The translations under genes and the position numbers were made by a program. DNA of 56,039 nt from positions 1 through 56,039 of IMG/VR virus record IMGVR_UViG_3300030099_001449. The stretch is one strand, 5' to 3'. The notes below the pieces were generated by a model. That model made no database searches. It saw nothing but the letters and a program-made list of their open reading frames with translations, and had not been told where the DNA came from. Source of the stretch: a virus. Lineage: Duplodnaviria; Caudoviricetes. Of this stretch, positions 7,601-17,398 are shown in pieces (positions within the stretch are counted from its first letter, which is position 1; each line of letters begins with the position of its first letter).

Positions 7601-9009
7601 AAGCAGCTGATCTTCTGAATAAGTTAGAGTCCAAAAAAGTAAATCTTGGAAGTATATCTACTACTATGACTAATAACTTAAAAAAGATTCTAACAGATAA
7701 TGGAATTAAAGTTACTTCAGACATGTCACCACAAGAGGGCATCAATGCTCTTAGAGAAAAAGCGGAGACCTCTGAAACAGTAATTCAAACAGAAGATGCA
7801 CAAACTAAGACAGTTCCTTTTAAAAACATAATTGCTTATGAAAGTGTGCATGGAACAGGAGTAGGTGATAGTACAGGTTTAGGGGTAATAGCTGAAGGAG
7901 GAAGTTTAGGAAAGTCTGGGGGTTCTGGAAGAGGTTTTGCAACAGAATTTGGTAGGTCAGATGCTAATAAACTCACTAGCGTTTTTTCTGGTGATCCAAA
8001 AAAAGTAGGATCAGTTTATCAAGGAATTATAAGTAAATCAAAAAATACTGGAGAACCTGGTTCCGATGGTAAACTTTATGATGTATTTGTTACGGGTGTG
8101 ACAGTAACAGAGGGAGGAGGTAATAGGACTGGATTTTTTGGTGCTTCAGTGGCCTTAGAATCAGGAACATATTCAGAAGCAGAAAAACAACTAGCTTTAC
8201 AAAGATCACAGGAATTATTTAATGCAAACGTAGATACTCATGTAAATAAGAATGAAACTGGAAATTATAATAAAGTTAAACAAACTAATAGAATCACGTT
8301 TAAGAACATAATACCAACAAGTAACGTTCAGTCAAATGTCTTAAATAAAGATGCAACGCAGACAACAAAAGGGATTAAAGAAGAAACAAAAACAACATAC
8401 ATAGCTACAGATAGTTCAGTAGAAGAAGATGTTGTTGTAGAAGAAGAAACTCCAGTTAAAAAAGAAGAAGATGTTGTTGTAGAAGAAGAAACACCAGTTA
8501 AAAAAGCAGAAGAAGAAACAGATCTAGATGTTATTGTAGAGGAGGAAAAGAAGACTACACCACCAAAGAGTAAAACGATTACTAGAAAAACAACAAAGAA
8601 GAAAAAATCAGATGTTATAATTAATAAAGATCCTAAAAAACAAACACAAAAAGATAGTAGTCCTGATACAAAAGTTCCCGTTACAATAGATACACCAGAA
8701 GTGGATAAGGATGAAGATGAGGATCTAGAAGTAGAAATAAAAGAAGAAGAGGAAGCAAAAGAAGAAGTAAAAACAACTGCTGAAGAAGAGTTTGAAGTGC
8801 AAGTTGTGGAACCTTCCGATACAGATGACGATGATGATGACGAGGAGACAGAGGTTATTGTCGATGACGATGACGATGATAAGGAAGATAAGTATAAATA
8901 TGCTTATGTAGGAAGACCTACAATCGCCATCAGTCCTTATCTATCTAGAAAAGGTTTTGCTGGTAAAAATCCAAACAGAAGAACAATTAAAAAAGTAAAA
9001 ATATTGTAG
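4648..9009 (+). CDS. Large acidic low-complexity protein, 1453 aa; possible internal virion protein
   Basis: Long ORF coupled to the SLT gene and TerL; D/E/T-rich C-terminus; function not recognised. Confidence 0.7.
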   Translation: MVWNLNDQGSLEKAFERANAVYGDAGGSFSFQGKTYTVGGGSAPTQDTGANVDTGTQQKAPTDVYLKANKPGFKSISSIPGVQGQPEKLYFTDDQGKSYVYDVDDGEYDFGTPPSGVNLKLTNVISASGDSEDRKFFSTDIDPDEFSFAGFIDPETSDQQAAEAAREPGYEKGAAQETQDAIVAYQLGLTDSIGGQPTGAFGGGSGTKVQLSSTGANVDNLMDPLANIMETFTTNPLTDSKSDEYYLDQVITQYNTMGGQQAQDRFNYLKQSGLIDDMSKLDSVGVQLGLNTYTGSANDGTYTFNPDADVFVPQPVVTPTVTTTPATDDLPLGPEDFAPYPTFIPTGGPGTFTPGALPGTTVIPSGVSGDDPYDEVGVGYGDEFSIPTGGVIGFPTPDFSPITMQTIGTQDPDTVYEKNLMGTFDTIPIGPESFAEVPPDSQLLQQVPPGLESGEARTPGFIRDSLFGKGIQDFITNVLGASSSALNVGARPTFLDVVNEYAKTGTFPTYDPSIQGPGAEFLQDLSDQSAEFAQQKYKSLSPETKEIYERPVLPIDYTEDPLAFRDAMAAGLDPEGPPGFSIPDFLPFGGRRIDPKALSYKIAGSGPSYAIPLATTVFNPPAGIALGGLGAGGDAARDVKNTLNEAFADGELQKTDQYKKTLQIINELPGSAGFSEEEKSAKALQALKNDVDVTTTGPVGAIGAFSTYIPFMKVPGITKIASLFPKNPFAKGVAGGVKAGGGESLTEGTELYAKDVLGVKGTGGLGDEYTTPQQQYEDEMLAAAGIGLLTGPFFSGGSPSSANVGAVGGTPETTTEESTIYDPTKSPTAGATATAPAGIKAAQDQVPEFDVQPTSLDFFAAKQIIENEVSETGSLSNDTLIKLTQATGIPMQNLANIAEGGMGLPLSQATGTGETTGTGETPIKDAKGIMSLDMRGMFTPDAKAKAEESLQQEVEADQVFETKPEEVVTPVEETTTKQTKGVNQEAADLLNKLESKKVNLGSISTTMTNNLKKILTDNGIKVTSDMSPQEGINALREKAETSETVIQTEDAQTKTVPFKNIIAYESVHGTGVGDSTGLGVIAEGGSLGKSGGSGRGFATEFGRSDANKLTSVFSGDPKKVGSVYQGIISKSKNTGEPGSDGKLYDVFVTGVTVTEGGGNRTGFFGASVALESGTYSEAEKQLALQRSQELFNANVDTHVNKNETGNYNKVKQTNRITFKNIIPTSNVQSNVLNKDATQTTKGIKEETKTTYIATDSSVEEDVVVEEETPVKKEEDVVVEEETPVKKAEEETDLDVIVEEEKKTTPPKSKTITRKTTKKKKSDVIINKDPKKQTQKDSSPDTKVPVTIDTPEVDKDEDEDLEVEIKEEEEAKEEVKTTAEEEFEVQVVEPSDTDDDDDDEETEVIVDDDDDDKEDKYKYAYVGRPTIAISPYLSRKGFAGKNPNRRTIKKVKIL
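8422..8505 (+). repeat. 42-bp tandem duplication (EEDVVVEEETPVKK x2)
   Basis: Two near-identical copies read directly. Confidence 0.85.
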
Positions 9010-10473
9010 ATGAACTTACAAGCGTTACCAGAAGAAGCTCTAAAAGAGATACTAGCTCTTACAGAAGCAAAGAAAAAGCTAGATATTAGAGAAAAAGCAC
9101 AAGAATATTTTATGTCTTTTGCTCATTATGTGTACGATAATTTCATTGAAGGCGCACATCATAGAGTTATTGCAGAAAAACTAGAGAAAGTAGCGAAAGG
9201 TGAGATCAAAAGATTGATAATTAACATGCCACCTCGTCATTCTAAGTCTGAATTTGCAAGTTATTTGATGCCTGCTTGGTTTTTAGGTAAGAATCCAAGA
9301 CTAAAAATCATACAAGCCACCCACAATACAGAACTAGCAGTAAGATTTGGTAGAAAAGTTAGAGACTTAATCGCTGATCCACAATATAAAGACATCTTTC
9401 CAACAACTAATCTAAAAGAAGACAACAAAAGTGCAGGTAAATGGCAGACAGATGTTGGTGGAGAGTACTTTGCGGCAGGTGTAGGTGCAGCTGTAACAGG
9501 TCGTGGTGCGGATTTATTCGTAATTGATGATCCACATAGCGAACAAGACGCTATGAGCGAGTCTGCTTTCGATAATGCGTATGAATGGTACACCTCTGGA
9601 CCTCGTCAACGTCTACAACCGGGTGGATCTATCATTATTGTTATGACTAGATGGGGAAAAAAGGACTTAACAGGTAGATTAATTGCTGCACAAGGGTCAG
9701 ATATGTTGGCAGATCAGTGGGAAGTGGTAGAATTTCCTGCAATTTTGCCTTCAGACAAACCATTATGGCCTGAATTTTGGAGTAAAGACGCATTATTAGG
9801 TATTAAAGCTTCTTTACCTGTACAAAAGTGGTCAGCACAGTGGCAACAAGAGCCAACAAACACAGAATCAGCTATTGTTAAACGTGATTGGTGGCAACTT
9901 TGGGAGAAAGAAGAGATACCTCCCTGCAAATACATCATTCAATCTTACGATACTGCGTTCTCTAAAAAAGAATCATCAGACTTTTCTGCAATTACAACTT
10001 GGGGTATATTTGAACCAGATGAAGGGGGTATTGACAACATTGTTTTGTTAGATGCACAAAGAGGTAGGTGGAATTTTCCAGAACTAAAGGAAAAAGCTTA
10101 TGAAGAACATGAATATTGGGAACCAGATATGGTAATTATTGAAGCAAAAGCAACAGGAACACCGTTAATTGATGAGCTTAGACTACGTGGAATACCTGCT
10201 TTGGGTTTTTCTCCCGGTAAAGGTAAAGATAAGATAACACGTATGCATATGGTAGCACCTTTGTTCGAAGCAGGTGTGGTATGGGCCCCAGAAAACAAAA
10301 AGTTTGCAGAAGAATTAATCGAAGAGGTTGTGTCATTTCCAAATGGAGACTATGATGACTTCTGTGATAGTATGACTTTAGCACTTATGCGTTTTCGTCA
10401 AGGGGGTTTTATATCTTTAAATGGCGAAGATGATCAACAAGACTTTTATCGCCCTAAAAGGGAGTATTACTGA
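9010..10473 (+). CDS. terL: Terminase large subunit
   Basis: Walker A MPPRHSKS, Walker B FVIDDP, nuclease motifs YDTAF and DDFCD. Confidence 0.95.
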   Translation: MNLQALPEEALKEILALTEAKKKLDIREKAQEYFMSFAHYVYDNFIEGAHHRVIAEKLEKVAKGEIKRLIINMPPRHSKSEFASYLMPAWFLGKNPRLKIIQATHNTELAVRFGRKVRDLIADPQYKDIFPTTNLKEDNKSAGKWQTDVGGEYFAAGVGAAVTGRGADLFVIDDPHSEQDAMSESAFDNAYEWYTSGPRQRLQPGGSIIIVMTRWGKKDLTGRLIAAQGSDMLADQWEVVEFPAILPSDKPLWPEFWSKDALLGIKASLPVQKWSAQWQQEPTNTESAIVKRDWWQLWEKEEIPPCKYIIQSYDTAFSKKESSDFSAITTWGIFEPDEGGIDNIVLLDAQRGRWNFPELKEKAYEEHEYWEPDMVIIEAKATGTPLIDELRLRGIPALGFSPGKGKDKITRMHMVAPLFEAGVVWAPENKKFAEELIEEVVSFPNGDYDDFCDSMTLALMRFRQGGFISLNGEDDQQDFYRPKREYY

Positions 10474-12926
10474 TGGCTGTAGAACCTACAATTAAAACTG
10501 ATGACTTACCTCAATCCCCTATTGATGTGCCTCTTCCTCAAAACGCAAACTTTGAACAAGGTGCAGAGGTTATTGAAGATGGACAAGGAGGTGCAGTTGT
10601 TCAAGAACTTATGGAAATGGCTACTGGTCAGCCTAATTTACCGGGTATGGATCATAGTGCAAACCTTGCTGAGAATATGGATGAGGGTTATCTTGGTGAA
10701 TTATCAACCACACTTAGGGGAGCATATGAAGAAGACGTTGAGTCTAGATCTGAGTGGGAAGACACTTATACCAAAGGTTTAGATCAATTAGGTGTTAAGC
10801 ACGAAGAGAGATCTCAACCTTTTGAAGGAGCTTCTGGAGTTACTCATCCTCTGATTGCAGAAAGCGTTACACAGTTTCAAGCACAAGCTTATAAAGAACT
10901 CTTGCCAGCAGGAGGACCTGTTCAAACACAAGTGTTAGGTGTTCAAGATGTTACGAAGGAAGAACAAGCTTCCAGAGTTAAAGACTTTATGAATTATCAG
11001 ATTACAGAAGTCATGGAAGAATTTGATCCAGATATGGATCAGTTATTGTTTTATTTACCTTTGTCTGGTTCTACCTTTAAAAAGATTTATTATGATGAGG
11101 GCAGACAAAGGGCAGTCTCTAAGTTTGTTCCGGCACAAGATTTAGTTGTTCCTTATTCTGCTTCTGATTTACAATCTGCTTCTAGAGTTACACACGTTCT
11201 TAAAATGGATGCAAATGAAGTCCGTAAAATGCAGGTTGCAGGCTTTTATCGTGATGTAGTTTTGTCTAAATACGAAGAGGGTGAGGATGAAGTTAGACAA
11301 AAAGTAGATGAGATACAAGGAACATCTAAGACATATACAGATGAGATATACACTATTTTAGAAATGCACGTTGACTTAGATCTCGAGGGATTTGAGGACA
11401 TGTCACCAACTGGAGAACCAACGGGTATAGCTTTACCTTACATTGTAACTATTGATGATGGTTCTGGAGAGGTTCTATCTATTCGTAGAAACTTTGAAGA
11501 GGGAAGCGACTTAGCCAGAAAAACACAATATTTTGTTCACTATCGTTTTATGCCTGGTTTAGGTTTTTATGGTTTTGGATTAATTCACATGATTGGTGGT
11601 CTTGGACGAGCAGCTACTAGTATTTTGCGTCAATTAGTTGATGCAGGAACACTAGCTAATTTACCTGCCGGTTTTAAGGCTAGGGGTGTAAGGGTAAGAA
11701 ATGATGATGAGCCTTTGCAACCGGGTGAGTGGCGGGATATTGATGCACCAGGTGGAAACATTAGAGACTCTATTATTCCTCTTCCATACAAAGAACCATC
11801 TGGAACACTAGCTCAACTTCTTGGATCTTTGGTGGAGGGAGGAAGACGTTTTGTTGCTTTAGCGGATCAACAGACAAGTAATATGAATCAAGAAACACCC
11901 GTAGGCACAACTGTTGCTATGTTAGAACGTGGCATGAAGGTTATGTCTGCTATTCATAAAAGACTACATTACTCTCAAAAAACAGAGTTTAGAATCCTAG
12001 CCAGAATATTTTCTGAGAATTTACCCCCTGTTTATCCTTATGAAGTAGCAGGAGCATCTAGAGAAATTAAAGCACAAGATTTTGATGGTCGTGTAGATGT
12101 TGTTCCTGTAAGTGATCCTAATATATTTTCAATGGCACAAAGAGTTACGTTAGCACAAACACAATTGCAGTTGGCTCAGTCAAACCCTCAACTTCATAAC
12201 TTACATGCTGCCTATCGTAGAATGTATCAAGCTCTCGAGGTTCAAAACATAGATGAGATTTTACCTCCACCACCTGCGCCTGAACCACTTGATCCTGCGA
12301 TTGAGAATGCAAGAGCTATGCTTGGAGAGATACTTAGCACCTTTCCAGAGCAAGAGCATGATGTACATATTCGTATTCATATGGCGTTTATGAAAACACC
12401 AATTGTAGCCACTTCTCCTCAAGTGGTTGGAACTTTTATTGCACATATCATGGAACATATTTCTCAAAAGGCTAGAAAGATGGTTGTTCAAGAAATACAG
12501 AGCATTATACAACAAGCACAGAGAGCTGCTCAAGCAGGTAATATTAATCAAGATGTAGCCATGAGACAGATAGCAGACGTTCAAAAAAGTATGCAAGATC
12601 CAGAACAGTTAGAGCGTTTAGTCTCTGTGCAAGAAGAAAAACTTCTACAAGAATTACTACCTCAGATTATGCCACAAGGTAATGATCCTATGTCTGATCC
12701 TCTCGTTCAGATTAGAATGCAAGAACTGGCATTAAAGCAACAAGAGTTACAAAGAAAGACAAACGAAGATCAAGCTGAATTAATGGTGGAGTTTGCTAAA
12801 ATGCAACAAAGAGCTGCTACCGATTCAGCGAGGATAGAAAGTCAAGAAGAGATTGCAAGCAATAGAAATAAAGTCAATAGAGAAAGAATTGCTTCACAAA
12901 GACGAGCAGCTAATCGGAGAAACTAA
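10473..12926 (+). CDS. Portal protein
   Basis: 817 aa directly after TerL; [10 protein letters not shown] and FYGFG motifs; coiled-coil C-terminus as in P22-like portals. Confidence 0.85.
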   Translation: MAVEPTIKTDDLPQSPIDVPLPQNANFEQGAEVIEDGQGGAVVQELMEMATGQPNLPGMDHSANLAENMDEGYLGELSTTLRGAYEEDVESRSEWEDTYTKGLDQLGVKHEERSQPFEGASGVTHPLIAESVTQFQAQAYKELLPAGGPVQTQVLGVQDVTKEEQASRVKDFMNYQITEVMEEFDPDMDQLLFYLPLSGSTFKKIYYDEGRQRAVSKFVPAQDLVVPYSASDLQSASRVTHVLKMDANEVRKMQVAGFYRDVVLSKYEEGEDEVRQKVDEIQGTSKTYTDEIYTILEMHVDLDLEGFEDMSPTGEPTGIALPYIVTIDDGSGEVLSIRRNFEEGSDLARKTQYFVHYRFMPGLGFYGFGLIHMIGGLGRAATSILRQLVDAGTLANLPAGFKARGVRVRNDDEPLQPGEWRDIDAPGGNIRDSIIPLPYKEPSGTLAQLLGSLVEGGRRFVALADQQTSNMNQETPVGTTVAMLERGMKVMSAIHKRLHYSQKTEFRILARIFSENLPPVYPYEVAGASREIKAQDFDGRVDVVPVSDPNIFSMAQRVTLAQTQLQLAQSNPQLHNLHAAYRRMYQALEVQNIDEILPPPPAPEPLDPAIENARAMLGEILSTFPEQEHDVHIRIHMAFMKTPIVATSPQVVGTFIAHIMEHISQKARKMVVQEIQSIIQQAQRAAQAGNINQDVAMRQIADVQKSMQDPEQLERLVSVQEEKLLQELLPQIMPQGNDPMSDPLVQIRMQELALKQQELQRKTNEDQAELMVEFAKMQQRAATDSARIESQEEIASNRNKVNRERIASQRRAANRRN

Positions 12927-13120
12927 TGCCCTTAAAAAAAGGAACCTCTCAAGAAACAATTAGTTCAAACATTAGAAAGTTAAAAAAAGAGGGATATCCT
13001 CAAAAACAATCCATAGCCATTGCATTAAACAAAGCAGGTAAACAGAAAAAAGCAAATGGTGGAATTGTAAAAACATTTAGTCCTATTGCTAGACCACAAA
13101 GGTTTAGAGGAACTTTCTAA
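12926..13120 (+). CDS. Small basic protein
   Basis: MPLKKG..ISSNI...QKQSIAIAL; carries KKANGGIV. Confidence 0.7.
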   Translation: MPLKKGTSQETISSNIRKLKKEGYPQKQSIAIALNKAGKQKKANGGIVKTFSPIARPQRFRGTF

Positions 13121-13609
13121 ATGTTTGATCCAGCTAGTATTACTGCGGCTGTTAGTCTTAGCACGGTGGCTTTCAACAATTTGAAAAAAGCGTTTGCGAT
13201 GGGACGGGATATAGAACAGATGGGGTCTGATCTCTCAAGATGGATGAATGCCTCGAGTGACATAGACAATGCCGTCAAAACCTGCAAAAACCCACCTTTT
13301 TATAAAAAGATGTTGAGCGGTGACACGGTAGAAGAAGCCGCCATGAAGTCTTTGGTTGCACAAAAAACCCTTGAAAAACAAAGATATGAGTTGCAACAGT
13401 ACGTTAAATTTAAGTTTGGCGTTAAAGCCTGGGAAGATTTGTTGAAGATGGAGGGTACTATTCGTAAAAAAAGACAAGAGCTTATTTACAAGCGGCAAGA
13501 ATTACAACAGAAAATCATAGAAGGTGTTTTTGTTATCATACTGGTATGTTCTATTATAGGACTAATATTCTTTGCCATTTGGTTAAAAAAACAACAAGAT
13601 AATGTCTGA
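13121..13609 (+). CDS. Hypothetical protein with C-terminal transmembrane helix
   Basis: Hydrophobic stretch VFVIILVCSIIGLIFFAIW. Confidence 0.7.
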   Translation: MFDPASITAAVSLSTVAFNNLKKAFAMGRDIEQMGSDLSRWMNASSDIDNAVKTCKNPPFYKKMLSGDTVEEAAMKSLVAQKTLEKQRYELQQYVKFKFGVKAWEDLLKMEGTIRKKRQELIYKRQELQQKIIEGVFVIILVCSIIGLIFFAIWLKKQQDNV

Positions 13610-13694
13610 AAAAGATTTGATATTTATATTTATTGTTCTTGCTGCTTTTTACGCCACAACTATCTTTCCCCCAAAATGGTTGTTTATAAAGTAG
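13602..13694 (+). CDS. 30-aa membrane peptide (not in ORF track)
   Basis: MSEKDLIFIFIVLAAFYATTIFPPKWLFIK fills the gap between coupled genes. Confidence 0.4.
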   Translation: MSEKDLIFIFIVLAAFYATTIFPPKWLFIK

Positions 13695-13698
13695 TGTT

Positions 13699-14262
13699 AT
13701 GGGTAAACGTTCTGATTTTGAAAGAAAACCAAGGGATTTTTATCCCACACCTTTACAAGCTATCTGTCCTTTAGTTCCTCATCTTCAAAAGCTGAAAACA
13801 TTTGTTGAACCTATGGCTGGAGATGGTGCTTTATTAGATGGTATAGAAAAACTAACCAGTATGAAATGTATTTGGAAATCTGATTTGGAACCACAAAGAA
13901 AAGATATTAAGGAAGCAGATGCTTTTGACTTAATACTTAGAGATTATACCACGACATGTGATGTAATTATCACAAATCCTCCTTGGTCTAGAGGTTATTT
14001 ACATAAAACAATCATGTGGTTTTGTGTAATACGACCTACATGGTTGTTACTAGACTCTGATTGGGTACACACAAAACAAAGTGTTCCTTATATTCAGTAC
14101 CTTCACAAAGTTCAAACTGTTGGTAGAGTAAAATGGTTTCCTAATAGTAGACATCAGAGTAAAGATAATGTAGCATGGCATTTATTTAGTGGACAGCCTA
14201 AACAAGATCCACACAAATTTAAATTCTATTCAAGGGGATATCATGCCAGCTACTATAATTGA
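13699..14262 (+). CDS. Orphan amino (probably N6-adenine) DNA methyltransferase
   Basis: DFYPTP, SAM-binding EPMAGDG and catalytic TNPPW motifs. Confidence 0.85.
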   Translation: MGKRSDFERKPRDFYPTPLQAICPLVPHLQKLKTFVEPMAGDGALLDGIEKLTSMKCIWKSDLEPQRKDIKEADAFDLILRDYTTTCDVIITNPPWSRGYLHKTIMWFCVIRPTWLLLDSDWVHTKQSVPYIQYLHKVQTVGRVKWFPNSRHQSKDNVAWHLFSGQPKQDPHKFKFYSRGYHASYYN

Positions 14263-14458
14263 TGACTATAAAGTTTTTCCAAGAATAATGATGGCAGTAG
14301 TAACGATTCTTACTTATCAAAGTGTTCATTGGTTTATGAGTTTGGACTCTCCAACTTTAGAACAGGCAGGTTTAGTATCTGTCTGTATGGGCGCACTTAC
14401 TGGCTCGTTTGGTATCTGGATGAATGGAGAAAAATCTAGTAAATCAAAAGGGGAATGA
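14243..14458 (+). CDS. Two-helix membrane protein, possibly holin-like
   Basis: Start MPATIID after AAGGGG; two hydrophobic helices. Confidence 0.6.
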   Translation: MPATIIDDYKVFPRIMMAVVTILTYQSVHWFMSLDSPTLEQAGLVSVCMGALTGSFGIWMNGEKSSKSKGE

Positions 14459-14464
14459 TAAATC

Positions 14465-15178
14465 ATGGCTAATATATACACACCAAAAGACGAAGAAGAA
14501 ATCTTTGCACCATTTAGTCCTATCATAGGATATAAAAAAATGTCACCTAGCTTTGTAGATAAACTTAATGATGCTATGGACGAGAATATGGAGGACTGGT
14601 CGCCCAACTTAGTTGGCAAGGTAACTCAAGAATTAAAATTTACTAAGGAGTTAGATCAAGTTTGGGCAAAGGAAATGGGTACTTTTTTAATGAAGTATCA
14701 AAGCCATGCTGAATTGTATACCTCTTTAGGTAAAAGAAATATACAACCAGACATTTTTGATTATAGGATAGATGTTACAAGCGGATGGTTTGTTCGTCAG
14801 TTTGAAAATGAGTATAACCCTATTCATGTTCACTTAGGGTCGTATTTATCCTGTGTAGGATATTTAAAGTTGCCTGAAGGCATTGATGAAGAGTGGGATG
14901 AAGATTATAAAGATCACCATCCTGCTAATGGACATATACAATTTGTTTATGGACACGCAGCTAATCATACGGGATCTAATTGTTTGATGAAACCACAGGT
15001 CGGAGACTTCTATGTCTTTCCGGCTCACTTACATCATTGCGTTTATCCTTTTAAAACAAAGGGTGAAAGACGTAGTTTTAGTGTAAACTTTACGATTTCA
15101 GCTACTTACAAGGACAAAAGCCAAGAGTCAAAATCTTATGCAGATCAAGAAAAAGAAATGTTAGTAGAGAAAGCATAG
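14465..15178 (+). CDS. Putative 2OG-Fe(II) oxygenase
   Basis: NPIHVH...SCVGYL...GDFYVFPAHLHHCVYP...RRSFSVN (HxH...H triad plus RxS). Confidence 0.8.
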   Translation: MANIYTPKDEEEIFAPFSPIIGYKKMSPSFVDKLNDAMDENMEDWSPNLVGKVTQELKFTKELDQVWAKEMGTFLMKYQSHAELYTSLGKRNIQPDIFDYRIDVTSGWFVRQFENEYNPIHVHLGSYLSCVGYLKLPEGIDEEWDEDYKDHHPANGHIQFVYGHAANHTGSNCLMKPQVGDFYVFPAHLHHCVYPFKTKGERRSFSVNFTISATYKDKSQESKSYADQEKEMLVEKA

Positions 15179-15191
15179 AGTTTATTTAAAA

Positions 15192-15482
15192 ATGGCAAAA
15201 CGTAAAGATCCAAAAGTAGGAACAGGAAAAAAACCTAAAGGGTCTGGAAGGAGATTATATACCGATGAAAATCCTAAAGACACTGTATCAATTAAGTATG
15301 CTACCGTGGCAGATGCTAGGGCTACTGCTAGGAAAGTTAAAAAAATTAATAAACCTTACGCTAGGAAAATTCAAATCCTTACTGTCATGGAGCAAAGAGC
15401 TAAAGTATCTGGGAAAAAAGAGCAAGCTCAAATTGCCAAGAAAGCCAAAGAACAACTTAAAAAAGAAAACAAAAAAAGATAA
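15192..15482 (+). CDS. Small, highly basic protein
   Basis: K/R-rich; in operon orientation. Confidence 0.7.
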   Translation: MAKRKDPKVGTGKKPKGSGRRLYTDENPKDTVSIKYATVADARATARKVKKINKPYARKIQILTVMEQRAKVSGKKEQAQIAKKAKEQLKKENKKR

Positions 15483-15485
15483 AAA

Positions 15486-15887
15486 ATGAGTTTACTCACT
15501 ACACTTATAGAGCCTGCTACCAAATTATTAGACAAAGTTATTGAGGATAAAGATCAGAAAGCTAAGTTGGCACATGAATTGGCAACTATGGCTGATAAAT
15601 TAGCTCATGAGCAACGACTCGCACAAATGGCAATTAATAAGGAAGAAGCTGCTTCTGGAAGCATATTTAAAGGTGGCTGGCGTCCTTGCATTGGTTGGAT
15701 CTGTGGGATTGCTTTTGGCTATCACTTTGTTCTTCAGCCTGTTATTATTTTTATAGTAGCATTAGTTGGTATAGAAATACCAGATTTACCAAAATTTGAA
15801 ATGAATACACTTCTTACGGTTTTAGCCGGAATGCTAGGAATCGGAGGATTACGGACGTATGAGAAGCAGAAAGGATTAACAAAATGA
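15486..15887 (+). CDS. Holin (3TM, GTA-holin-like family)
   Basis: GWRPCIGW and GMLGIGGLRTYEK motifs; directly precedes the endolysin. Confidence 0.85.
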   Translation: MSLLTTLIEPATKLLDKVIEDKDQKAKLAHELATMADKLAHEQRLAQMAINKEEAASGSIFKGGWRPCIGWICGIAFGYHFVLQPVIIFIVALVGIEIPDLPKFEMNTLLTVLAGMLGIGGLRTYEKQKGLTK

Positions 15888-16339
15888 GTTTTAAATTAAG
15901 TCAAAGATCTTTAGATAAATTAGAGGGTGTACATCCAGATATGGTAAAGTGTGTTACCTCTGCTATAGAGTGGTCTAAGGTGGATTTTGGTGTGATTTGC
16001 GGTCTCCGTACGGAAGCAGAACAAAAAGAACTTGTTGCCAAAGGTGCAAGCCAAACAATGCGATCAAAACACCTTGAAGGTTTGGCTGTCGACCTCATGG
16101 CCTTTGTTGGTTCGAGGGCATCATGGGAGTTGAATCTTTACGATGATATTGCCGATGCGATGGCTAAAGCTGCTAAAACACATAACGTTCCAATCAAATG
16201 GGGTGCAGCGTGGAGTATAGGAAATATAGCCCAATGGAATAGTAGCATGGAAGGTGCTATGAACAGTTATATTGATCAAAGACGTAGCGAGGGTAGACGG
16301 CCTTTTATTGATGGACCTCATTTTGAGCTAATAAAATAA
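15884..16339 (+). CDS. Endolysin, M15 peptidase
   Basis: SKHLEGLAVD and DGPHFEL zinc-ligand motifs. Confidence 0.9.
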   Translation: MSFKLSQRSLDKLEGVHPDMVKCVTSAIEWSKVDFGVICGLRTEAEQKELVAKGASQTMRSKHLEGLAVDLMAFVGSRASWELNLYDDIADAMAKAAKTHNVPIKWGAAWSIGNIAQWNSSMEGAMNSYIDQRRSEGRRPFIDGPHFELIK

Positions 16340-16349
16340 GGAGTTATTT

Positions 16350-16520
16350 ATGCCACATTATACAAAACCTCTTAAAAAAGTTATTGGTGGATTAAAAAAA
16401 GCATCTAAGTTACATGCTAAACAGGCTAAATCTTTAAGTAAAATAGAAAAAGATCAAAGAACAAGATATAAAAATAAACACGTTTCAAAAACAAAATCTA
16501 GAGCTAGAAGACGAAAGTAA
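16350..16520 (+). CDS. 56-aa very basic peptide (not in ORF track)
   Basis: TAAGGAG RBS; MPHYTKPLKKVIGGLKKASKLHAKQAKSL...RARRRK. Confidence 0.65.
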   Translation: MPHYTKPLKKVIGGLKKASKLHAKQAKSLSKIEKDQRTRYKNKHVSKTKSRARRRK

Positions 16521-16521
16521 T

Positions 16522-16722
16522 ATGTGGATGCCTATACTTTTAGTTTGTAGTAGCATGTTTGCACAAGATTGTTTGGTGGTAACAAGAAACTGGGAATTTC
16601 ACGAAACTCTAGATAAGTGTTTAAAGGTGTCTGTAGAGAAAGCGAGGATCTTACTTGAAGAACCTAGTGTGTTTCATGTGAAACCTTTATGTCAAAAAAT
16701 CAAACTTAATGTAGAAACTTGA
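16522..16722 (+). CDS. Small Cys-containing protein with hydrophobic N-terminus
   Basis: ORF track; four Cys; coupled position. Confidence 0.55.
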   Translation: MWMPILLVCSSMFAQDCLVVTRNWEFHETLDKCLKVSVEKARILLEEPSVFHVKPLCQKIKLNVET

Positions 16723-16733
16723 GGATTAATTGT

Positions 16734-16946
16734 ATGGATGTTGTTGACTTATCAAAATATTTATATAATAAGTTAAAAGAGAGAGAGGAAAATTTAAGTT
16801 CCGCTCTTGCTTCTGGTTCTGTTTCGAACTGGGAGGAGTATAAAATGACAGTGGGAGAAATACGGGGTCTTTCTCTTGCACGTGAGGAAATCAAGGCCCT
16901 GCTGGAGAATAACGCAGATTATGACGAAGACACTTTATCTTCCTGA
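16734..16946 (+). CDS. Hypothetical protein upstream of GroES
   Basis: GAGGA RBS before MDVVD; EYK..VGEIRGL motif. Confidence 0.7.
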   Translation: MDVVDLSKYLYNKLKEREENLSSALASGSVSNWEEYKMTVGEIRGLSLAREEIKALLENNADYDEDTLSS

Positions 16947-17388
16947 CAATGTTGCGCAGCGATTAAAAAAACAGAGAAAAGAAAAATCTGTAGACAAAGC
17001 GTATGTCGAACCTGGAAACAGGGTGTTAGACCCTTCACTTCTAGATAAATCCTTACTTGATAGATTACCCCAACCAACTGGTTGGCGTGTTCTTGTTATG
17101 CCATATCAAGGCAAAGCTAAAACTTCTGGAGGACTTTTCGTTCCAGATGAGATTAGAGAACGAGAAGCGTTGGCCACTGTTGTTGCTTATGTTTTAAAAG
17201 TTGGTCCCGTAGCTTATATGGACAAAGAAAAATTTGGTAGTAAACCTTGGTGTCGAGAAAAACAATGGGTTTGCATTGGAAGATATTCTGGATCTCGTTT
17301 TAAGATAGATGGCGGCGAAGTTCGAATCATTAATGACGATGAAGTCATTGCAACAATTATTAATCCAGATGATGTTGTAAGTGTGTAA
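16921..17388 (+). CDS. groES: Co-chaperonin GroES (Cpn10)
   Basis: PTGWRVLV...KTSGGLFVP...VLKVGP...RIINDDEVIA; start at ATG 16921. Confidence 0.85.
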   Translation: MTKTLYLPDNVAQRLKKQRKEKSVDKAYVEPGNRVLDPSLLDKSLLDRLPQPTGWRVLVMPYQGKAKTSGGLFVPDEIREREALATVVAYVLKVGPVAYMDKEKFGSKPWCREKQWVCIGRYSGSRFKIDGGEVRIINDDEVIATIINPDDVVSV

Positions 17389-17398
17389 AGGATAAATC

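Noticed and set aside
16522-16722. Outer-membrane spanin
   Set aside because: LLVC is not a canonical lipobox and there is no basic N-region
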